Origin: Prasinococcaceae sp. CCMP 1430
Taxonomy: Eukaryota > Plantae > Prasinodermophyta
DNA length: 64,000 bases
Assembly: GCA_013416795.1 (NCBI GenBank)
Contig: RQSC01001393.1
Coordinates: forward strand, 103,515 to 167,514
Direction: 5' to 3'
Below are positions 48,272-56,529 of this stretch, piece by piece; the stretch's first letter is position 1; the number at the start of each line of letters is the position of its first letter. The position numbers were made by a program, and so were the translations under genes. Below the pieces are notes generated by a model that was given only the letters and a program-made list of their open reading frames with translations, was not told the DNA's origin and did no database searches.

Positions 48272-48477
48272 GGCCCGCGCTCCGGCGGGGCCGTCCCCCC
48301 CCGCATCGGCCGCCGAACTTCATGACGACGGTGAAGGCGGTGTCATCGGTGTCCTGCGCGNCCTCCCCCCCCCAGCAGCAGCGCCCCGCAGCGCGCGCGC
48401 GCTGTGGCGCACCGGCGGCGCACCGCTCAATCCGCCACAACCCCACATCACTCGAACGCAATTTGATATGAAATGAT

Positions 48478-48660
48478 ACTCGCCCGTGGGTGAATTGCAC
48501 AGGAACTCGCCCGTGGGGAGGTGACACGTGCGGGCGAGCGTCGCGCCGCGCCGTCGTGGGACAAGATCTCCCGTGGGAAGGTGACACGGTCGGGCGAATT
48601 TCGCGCGGCGCCGTCGGCGGATTAGATCTCCCGTGAGAAGATTACACGGTCGCGCGCGTG
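48478..48660. repeat. Degenerate 60-bp tandem repeat, 3 copies, core CTC(G)CCCGTGGG
   Basis: Core at about 48507, 48568 and 48628, plus a partial at 48479. Confidence 0.75.
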
Positions 48661-49371
48661 CGTCGCGCCTCGTACGGACGTGGCCCGACGCCGCCGCGCC
48701 ACGCCAGCCGGTGCAGCCACGCCTCCCACCGAAGGGGTGTATGGTATGGAGCGTGCCCTCGGGCGTCGTAATTCCCGTAAAATGCATTCGGCAATGTCGT
48801 TGATACTGTCGCGGAGGAATTTCACCCGCCGCGAATTCAACCACGCGCCGCCGAAGCACCCGCCCATCGAAATGCCTTCCGTCGTTACGAAAACGCGCTT
48901 CGCGTCCCAAATTCGAGGGACACATCCCGCGATGATGCACCCATTTGTAGGTACAATAAAACGGTATCATTGCCGGCGAACGCGTGGAAAGGGCGCGCGC
49001 CTCGCGGATCGCGCGCGCCGAACCGCACCGTTTTTATTTATTTTATTTTTATTTGTAATTATTTTATTTTTCCGCGCGGCGCGCGGGACCGACGGCGGGG
49101 ATCGCGCCGCGCGCGGATTCCATCGGTTTTTGGTGGATTCCATTCTGGTTTGCGGGTGGAATTCAGATTAAGTAGAACGTTAAGTGGATTCCATATAAAG
49201 GTTTTGGGTTGGGGATTGGGCGAATTGGGTTCCGGCGCGCGCGCGCGGGTGGGCGGGCGGGCGGGGGGGGAGGGGGAGGGAGGGAGGGCGTGCCACACGT
49301 CGCGCGAGGCGCCTCGCGCTCGTACCCCTCTCGTCCCCCCCCCGGGCCTTGCCCCCTCGCGGCCTGCGTTG

Positions 49372-51639
49372 ATGTTGGCGCGCTCGCTCAAGGCGGTGGC
49401 ACTCGGCGCGGCGGCGGCGACGTCGCGCGGCGGCGGAGCCGCGCAGCAGGGGCAGCGGCAGGCCCACCAGCGGCGGGCCGCGATGTGCTCGGCGGCCGTC
49501 GAGGCGGCGCCCGCGCTCGAGGGCAACGTGCTCGCGGCGTACGGCGCGGCGTCGGCGTCGGCGCAGCTGCCGCCCTTCGACAAGATCGAGGCCGACCAGG
49601 TCGTGCCGGCGATCTCCGCGCTGATCGACCAGCTGCAGGCGGAGCTCGAGGCGCTCGAGGCGAGCGTGGGCGAGGACGGCTCGGGCTGCCAGAAGTGGGA
49701 GGATCTGGCCGCGCCGCTCGAGACGCTCGGCGACCGGCTGGGGCGCGCGTGGGGCGCCGTCAACCACCTGAAGATGGTGAAGGACAGCGAGGCGCTGCGC
49801 ACCGCCGTCGACGAGGTGCAGCCGCGCAACGTGGAGTTCGGCCTGCGCGTGGCGCAGTCCGAGCCGCTCTACCGCGCCTTCCGCGCCATGAAGGACGACT
49901 CGGCGCGCTACGAGGCGCTCACCGAGGCGCAGCGCCGCATCGTCGACTCGGAGATCCTCAGCGCCGAGCTCAGCGGCGTCGCGCTCACCGGCGAGGCCAA
50001 GGAGGAGTTCAACAAGCTGCAGCAGGAGAGCGCCAAGCTGAGCACCAAGTTCTCCAACAACGTGCTCGACAGCACCAAGGCCTTCGAGAAGTTCATCGAG
50101 GACAAGGCGCTGGTGGAGGGCCTGCCCGAGAGCGCCCTGGCGCTCGCCGCGCAGACCGCCGCAAGCAAGGGGCGCGAGGGCGCCACCGCCGAGGCCGGGC
50201 CGTGGTGCATCACGCTCGACTTTCCGTCGTACATGCCCGTCATGCAGCACGCCACCAACCGCGAGCTGCGCGAGGAGGTCTACCGCGCGTTCATCGCGCG
50301 CGCGTCGTCCGGCGAGGTCGACAACGGCCCCATCATCGAGCGCACGCTCGAGATCCGCAAGCGCAAGGCCGAGCTGCTCGGCTTCGGCCACTTCGCGGAC
50401 GTGAGCATGTCGCAGAAGATGGCCGACCTCGACTCGGCGCTGACGCTGCTCGAGGAGCTGCGCGCGGCGGCGTACGAACCGGGCGTCAAGGAGCTCGAGG
50501 ACGTGCGCGCGTTCGCCAAGGAGTCCGGCGTCGACTACGAGCTCGAGCACCACGACATGACCTTCTGGGCGGAGCGCCTGCGCGAGGAGCGCTACGCGTA
50601 CAAGGAGGAGGACCTGCGGCCGTACTTCTCCCTGCCGGCCGTGCTGGACGGCCTCTTCGGCCTCATCAACAGGCTGTTCGGCGTGACGATCGTCGCCGCC
50701 GACGGCGAGGCGCCCGTGTGGAACCCGGACGTGCGCTTCTTCAAGGTGATGGGCGAGGACGGCAACCAGCGCGCGTCGTTCTACCTCGACCCCTACAGCC
50801 GCCCCGCCGAGAAGCGCGGCGGCGCGTGGATGGACGAGGTGGTCGGCCGCAGCGCGCTGCTGGGCGAGGGCGGCGCCACGCGCCTCCCCACCGCGCACAT
50901 GGTGTGCAACCAGTCGCCCCCCGTCGGCGACAAGCCCTCGCTGATGACCGTGAGGGAGGTGGAGACGCTCTTCCACGAGATGGGCCACGCGCTGCAGCAC
51001 ATGCTCACCACGCAGCCCGAGGGCATGGTGGCGGGCATCCGCGGCGTCGAGTGGGACACCGTCGAGCTCCCCTCGCAGTACATGGAGAACTGGTTCTACG
51101 ACAAGAAGACCTGCATGGCCTTCGCCAAGCACTACGAGACTGGCGAGCAGCTGCCCGAGGAGCTCTTTGACAAGGTCGTCGCGGCGCGCAAGTACCGCGC
51201 GGGCACCATGATGCTGCGCCAGGTGCACTTCTCGGTGACCGACCTCAAGCTCCACTCGGACTACGTCCCGGGCTCGGAGGGCGGCGTCTTCGCGATGGAG
51301 AAGGAGATCGCCAAGACGACGTCGGTCCTGCCGCCGCTGGAGGAGGACCGCTTCCTCTGCGGCTTCTCGCACATCTTCGCGGGCGGCTACTCCGCGGGCT
51401 ACTTCAGCTACAAGTGGGCGGAGGTGCTCTCCGCGGACGCCTTCGGCGCGTTCGAGGAGGTCGGCCTCGAGAACGAGGAGGCGGTCAAGGAGACCGGCCG
51501 TCGCTTCGCCGACACCATCCTCGCGATGGGCGGCGGGCGCGACCCCAACCTCGTCTACCAGGACTTCCGCGGGCGCGGCCCCTCCACGGAGGCGCTGCTC
51601 AGGCACTCGGGGCTCGCGCCGGCCACCGCCACCGCGTAG
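49372..51639 (+). CDS. OOP: Organellar oligopeptidase A (peptidase M3A, PrlC/OOP) with transit peptide
   Basis: YLDPYSRPAEKRGGAWM, ETLFHEMGHALQHMLT (HEXXH), WDTVELPSQYMENW, FSHIFAGGYSAGYFSYKWAEVLSADAF; Ala/Arg-rich N-terminal presequence. Confidence 0.97.
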   Translation: MLARSLKAVALGAAAATSRGGGAAQQGQRQAHQRRAAMCSAAVEAAPALEGNVLAAYGAASASAQLPPFDKIEADQVVPAISALIDQLQAELEALEASVGEDGSGCQKWEDLAAPLETLGDRLGRAWGAVNHLKMVKDSEALRTAVDEVQPRNVEFGLRVAQSEPLYRAFRAMKDDSARYEALTEAQRRIVDSEILSAELSGVALTGEAKEEFNKLQQESAKLSTKFSNNVLDSTKAFEKFIEDKALVEGLPESALALAAQTAASKGREGATAEAGPWCITLDFPSYMPVMQHATNRELREEVYRAFIARASSGEVDNGPIIERTLEIRKRKAELLGFGHFADVSMSQKMADLDSALTLLEELRAAAYEPGVKELEDVRAFAKESGVDYELEHHDMTFWAERLREERYAYKEEDLRPYFSLPAVLDGLFGLINRLFGVTIVAADGEAPVWNPDVRFFKVMGEDGNQRASFYLDPYSRPAEKRGGAWMDEVVGRSALLGEGGATRLPTAHMVCNQSPPVGDKPSLMTVREVETLFHEMGHALQHMLTTQPEGMVAGIRGVEWDTVELPSQYMENWFYDKKTCMAFAKHYETGEQLPEELFDKVVAARKYRAGTMMLRQVHFSVTDLKLHSDYVPGSEGGVFAMEKEIAKTTSVLPPLEEDRFLCGFSHIFAGGYSAGYFSYKWAEVLSADAFGAFEEVGLENEEAVKETGRRFADTILAMGGGRDPNLVYQDFRGRGPSTEALLRHSGLAPATATA

Positions 51640-51992
51640 GCGGCGCCCGCGCGCGGCCGCGGCCGGAACGGACGCGTCGCCGCGGCAGTAACAGTCGTCG
51701 GCGTGTCTGTGCGCGCGCCTCGGGCACAGCGCTAGGTGTGTGTGTGTGTGCGCGCGCACGTGTGCGCGCACGTGTGTGTGCGCGCGCGTGTGTGTGCGTC
51801 TGTGCGTGCGTGTGTGTGCGTGCGGGGGTGCGGGCGCTCACGAGCGCGACGTCGCGTTCGGGTTACTACCTTTGAGGTCGGGACTTTTCCAGGGTTGTAA
51901 CGCGTTCCCCCGCGCGCCGCGCGGCCGCGCCACGTGGCGCACCGGCGGCGCGCACGGGTGGGTATTGCGCGGGCGTGGCAGCATTAGTTGTT

Positions 51993-52163
51993 TGGTGTGG
52001 TGTGGTGTGGTGTGGTGTGGTGTGGTGTGGTGGTGTGTGGTGTGGTGTGGTGTGGTGTAGTGTGGTGTGGTGTGGTGTGGTGTGGTGGTGTGTGGTGTGG
52101 TGCTGTGTGTGGTGTGGTGTGGTGTGGTGTGGTGTGGTGTGGTGTGGTGGTGTGTGGTGTGGT
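51993..52163. repeat. (GGTGT)n pentanucleotide microsatellite
   Basis: About 170 nt of near-perfect GGTGT units. Confidence 0.95.
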
Positions 52164-52349
52164 GACTCCGCGCCAATTTCGAGCCGGCGGGGCCGCGCCG
52201 CGGGAGGGGGGGGAGGGAGGGGCGCGCCGCGCACCTTCCCGCCGCCGCGCCGCCCCTTTCCCCCCCCCCTCTTCTCCGCTCCCCCTCTCGATCGCTCGCC
52301 TCCCAGGAGGGGGCGGGCCTCGCCGCCGCGCAGCGCTGCGGGTGGGCGG

Positions 52350-53213
52350 ATGGGCGGCGCGTGTGGGGCGGGGTGGGGCGGGGTGGGACGGTCAGGTAGA
52401 GGCGAGAGGGGTGGCGGCTTCGCCGCAGGGGAGAGCCCAGCCCCGTCTCCTCCCGTCGCCTCCGCGCACGCCGTGTGCGCGGGGGCGCGCTCGGGCAGCG
52501 CCGCGACGCTCGCCGAGGTCGCCGACGGCCGCGCGCTGCTCGTGGAGAAGTCCTTCGACACCTGAGGCCACTGCCGCGCCGTCGCGCCCGAGTACAAGGC
52601 CTTCGTCGCCGCGCACCACGACGAGCTCTCGGACGCCGTCGGCTTCGCCACGGTGCTGGCGGGCAACTCGCGCGGCTGCGAGGCCTTCAAGGCCATCGGC
52701 GGCGTGGACGTGCCCGAGGGCGCGGTGACGTACCTCGACGACACGCGGAGCGGAGGCGCGTTCAAGGACTGGTTCGGACTGACGCGCCCACAGTTCGTGC
52801 TGCTGGCGCCCAACGGCACCATCCTGGACCTCGCGCCGAGCACGAGCTGCGGGCAGTGCGGACAGTGGAGCGACGCGCGGTACGCGAGACTGCTCGGTGA
52901 GGTGGCGGCGGAGGTGCGCGCCGCGCGCGGAGAGGCGGTGGCGGCGACCCCGCCGCCCCCAACCCCGCTGGCTGGCGCGCCCAACGACGACGAGGACACC
53001 ACAGTAGCATCGAAGGAGGCGGCTGAGAAGGAGAAGTCGAGGAAGAAGAAGTCGAGGAAGACCAAGAAGTCGAAGAAGCTGAAGAAGTCGAAGAAGCTCT
53101 CGAAGAAGGCGGCCAAGGCGCTGTGCAAGGGTCTCAAGAAGAAGGCGTGCTCCAAGGGAGACGCCAAGAGGCACTGCAAGTACAAGAAAAAGCGGGGCTG
53201 CGCGCCCAGGTAG
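52350..53213 (+). CDS. Thioredoxin-fold (redoxin/AhpC-TlpA-like) selenoprotein, UxxC motif, Sec codon TGA at 52563-52565; 5' end uncertain
   Basis: The frame reads LLVEKSFDT-[TGA]-GHCRAVAPEYKAF..PQFVLLAPNGTIL with coding-like codons on both sides of TGA; a SECIS lies 195 nt after the TAG stop. Confidence 0.85.
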
Positions 53214-53397
53214 CGCCCCCACGCATGCACGCGCGCACGCGCGCACGCGCGCACGCACGCACGATGCACGCGAACGTCCACACCCCTGCCCACATCCGCA
53301 TCCACGCCCGCGCTCGTCCCAACAGCCATGCCCAAGCCCAGGCCCAACACACTCACAAGCACATGCGCAAGTCTCTGAGGAGGCCGCTCTTCGCCAC

Positions 53398-53472
53398 ACC
53401 CACACGCATGACGGCGCGCGGCACAAGCTGGCACGTCAGCGCCACCGCCGCGCCGCCCGACGCCCGCGTGGG
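53398..53472 (+). promoter_or_regulatory. Eukaryotic SECIS element (form 2)
   Basis: ATGAC (53408)-GGCGCGCGGC-ACAA-GCTG GCACGT CAGC (apical mini-stem)-GCCACC-GCCGCGCCGCC-CGAC: GA/GA quartet, about 10-bp helix II, unpaired AA. Confidence 0.85.
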
Positions 53473-53608
53473 CAAGCGAGGGGTCATCCGCGACCGCGCG
53501 TGGACGCACGCACCGAGTAAGCTGTCGCAGTTGAAATCTTACAAGTCAATCCCAGAGCACATGTGAATGGGCGCGAGAAAGAGAGCGAAGGAGCGCAGCC
53601 GCGCAGCG

Positions 53609-55440
53609 CTACGCGGCCGGGCACGCGGCCTCCTCACCACCACGCGTGTCGGCTGCGCCGTCTCCCCGCTCGCCGTGGGCGCCGTCCTCGTCGGCAGCCG
53701 CCAGCGCGGCATCCGCGTCGAAGCCCCCGCCGCGCCACAGCACACGCCCCACCGTCGTGGCAAAGTACGCCATCTCCGCGAGTGTCCAATTGGCATCGTT
53801 GTGGCGGCCGCTGTGGCGGTGGCCGCACTCGGGGTCGAACGCGCCCCCACCAGGCACCTCGGCCTCGCACGCGACGTACAGCGCTCGCAGCTCCCGCAGC
53901 AGCGGCAGCGCGAGGTGCGCACCCACGCACGAGCGCGGGCCCGCGCCGAAGATGCTCCACGCGTACGGCTCGGCGCCGGCGCCTATCCCCGTGCCCCCCC
54001 ACGGCCCCTTGGCCGTCCCCGCGCCGCCACCCGCCTGCGCCGCCTCCGCCGCCTCGGCCGCCCGTGCGAGGTCAGAGGCGAATATGACCACCTGCGCGGG
54101 CGCTTTTACCACCACCTTGCCGTCAAGAACCACGTCCTCCGTCACGCGGCGCTCGAGGATTGGGAAGGGGTGCGCGCGCCGCACGGCAGCCTCCAGCGAC
54201 ACGTGCGGGCCCGCACGCTTAATCGCCACGGCGATGTCGCCCGCGTTGATCGCCGGCGACAACAGCACGGGCTGCAGCAGCACGCTGTAGCGGCGAGGAT
54301 TGCGCCAACCCTCGCCATGGCGCGCCCACAGCACCGCGTGCGAGCGCAGCAGGTCGTCCACCAGCACGCGCACCGCCGCGTCCTTGAGCCGCGCGTCGGC
54401 GCGGCCGCGCACGGCGATCTCCCTGCGCCACTCCCACGAGGCCGTCAACAGCGGCTCGAAGGCCTCCTCCCAAGCGCGCCCGAAAATGCACTCGACGTAC
54501 GTCGCCAGCGACAGCCGCGCGACGTCGTCGGCGACGACCCGGCTGTTCTCGCCGCCTCTCTTCACGCGCGCGAGCAGCTGCTCGCAGTTGCGCCGCGCGA
54601 CGGCCGCCACGTTGGCAGGCGTGAGGCCGGGGAGGTCGCGCACCAGCGCGTGGAAGTCTGCGATGAGCGCCGCGTGCAGCGGCCCGTCGACGCTCTCGAG
54701 CGACAGCACCGGTTGCCACGCGGGCGACGCCACGTTTCGCTCGAGCAGGTCGCCCTTGTCGGCGCTCGCGCGCAGCACGGCGAAGGCCTCGCGCGCGCCG
54801 CGCACGCTGACCACGCGCTCGCCGCGCAGAGCGCCGAAGGCGGCAAACAGCAGCCCCCGCACGAGGTCGTCGCCGCACAGCGCGCGGAAGTCGAAGAGGC
54901 CGCGCTTGTGCGCCGTGATGAGCGCGTTGGCTGCGCGGTACGCAAAGCACGTCATCAGGTCCACCTGCACCACCGCGAGCTCGCGCGGCGTGATACCACC
55001 CGGCAGCGCCAGCATCGCCAGCAGGCTCGACAGCTCGAAGCTGTAGCGGTGGCGGAAGAAGGCGAGGTGCTCCAGGCGCGCATCGCCGAGCTCGCACACC
55101 GCCTGCGAGAGCGCCAGCACGGCGAGGATGCGCCCGTAGCCCGCGAGCACCTCCTTCGCACCGGAGAGCGCCACCACGCCCGCGGCGAGCGCGCCGACGA
55201 AGGCGAGCACCGCGCGCCACTCGAGCGTGTCGAGCTTGCCCGCGACGAGGTCGCCCGCCATCGTCTTGGCGAGGTACGCGGCGCACGCGTGCGGCATGAC
55301 CAGGTCGTCGGCCAGCACGGCGACCGCCGCGACCGCCAGGCCCGCCACGTTGGCCGCACGGCTCATCGCCTCCACGTTCACCGCCGCGCCCACGGAGCCG
55401 ATGTACAGGTGCCCCACCCAGCGCAGCGAGCGCGCGTAGC
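53609..55440 (-). CDS. Atypical cytochrome P450 with N-terminal multi-TM domain; start uncertain (ATG at 55366 or further upstream)
   Basis: Perfect heme motif FGAGPRSCVG; degenerate K-helix (LEAAVRRAHPFPILER); no AGxDT I-helix motif; hydrophobic N-terminal third; TGTAA on the minus strand at about 53540. Confidence 0.75.
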
Positions 55441-55456
55441 CGCCGAGGCCGCCGCG

Positions 55457-55712
55457 ATGAAGCGCCGCATCCAGGAGAAGCTGCTCGCGCAGGCGCGCGC
55501 CGCTCCCGAGGATCCCAAGCTCGCGGAGCGGCGCAGGATGCGCGAGGCTGCCGCGGCCAAGAAGGCCGAGCTCGAGGCGATGCGCAAGAAGATCCAAGCG
55601 CAGCTGCTCTCGCACAAGAAGACGGAGGCCCCGCCCGCCGGCGCGGGCGACAAGGCCACCGGCGCGGACGCCACCGTCGCGCGCGAGGACGCGCCCGCGG
55701 ACGCGCCCGCGG
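55457..55712 (+). CDS. Orphan coiled-coil ORF fragment ending at a single-N join
   Basis: MKRRIQEKLLAQARAAPEDPKLAERRRMREAAAAKKAELEAMRKKIQAQLL with strongly coding-like codon use; truncated at N 55713. Confidence 0.35.
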
Positions 55713-56054
55713 NGGCGCGCGCGCGCGCGCGCTGTGGCGCCCGCGCCAGTCCCCCCTCCGCCCCCAAGCTGGAGAGCGAACCCAGAGGAGCGATGGAGCG
55801 CGCGCGCCCCGGCCTTCCTCCCCTCCCCCCACCCCTGGCCCCCCCTGCACCTGTGCACCCTCCCCCCGCCGGCGCGCGCACGTGCGGCTGCCGCGCGGCC
55901 CCGCAGCCGCGGCGAATCCACCCATCCTACCATCAACTCACTCACACATCAAATCTGGATTCCATTTTAGGGACTCAACGCGCACAAAAGAATGGAATCC
56001 ATGGAATCCATCACCCCCCGGCCCTCATCCGCCCGGGCGGGCCGCCGCGGGGCC

Positions 56055-56252
56055 GCGTGCGATTTGACGTGCGAATGTCAAAACGCACGCATTTTATGTT
56101 GTGTGTTCCGCGTGCGTTTTGACGTGCGGAGGTCAAAACGAACGCATTTGTGTCGAGTCTGTCGAGTGCGTTTTGACCTTCCAAGGTCAAAACGAACGCA
56201 TTTGAATTGGTTTGGTCGCGTGCGTTTTGATGTGCCGAGGTCAAAACGAAGG
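56055..56252. repeat. Array of 4 dyad-symmetric units of about 54 bp (GTGCGTTTTGAC-N8-GTCAAAACGMACGCATTT + variable spacer)
   Basis: Units at 56055, 56110, 56164 and 56218; 9-14 bp inverted arms around an 8-nt centre; variable 16-17 nt between units. Confidence 0.88.
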
Positions 56253-56529
56253 CAATCCGGGGGTCGCGTGCGTGTTGGCGCGGGGTGGCTGGCAGGGGGG
56301 GGTCGAGGCCGCGAAGGCACCCAAGAGCACACCCTCAAGCGATGTACGAACCCCCTACACACCAACCCCATGTTGGGCGGCCCACGCGTGCGCGTCTAGC
56401 TAGGTGAGACGACTGCACTTGAGCGGTCGCATGCGTGTCCTGTTACCGGGCGAGGCAGGCATCTAGGAGGACGCGACGCGACCATTCTCTCAGTAGGATT
56501 GCATGGCTGGTAGTCCCATTGTCCCAAGC

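Noticed and set aside
49180-51771. 863-aa minus-strand ORF (and 57490..59799 +, 44014..46101 +, 53567..56122 +)
   Set aside because: Antisense shadows of oligopeptidase A, FEA1, CLC and P450; stop-poor because of the high-GC3 codon bias.
51993-52163. Cys/Val/Trp-rich (VWCGV)n or His/Thr-rich ORFs; telomere repeat
   Set aside because: Translations of a (GGTGT)n microsatellite; not the TTTAGGG-type repeat seen elsewhere.
56055-56252. CRISPR array
   Set aside because: Only 4 units, spacers of 16-17 nt, degenerate repeats, eukaryotic context and no cas genes; kept only as an operator-like array.
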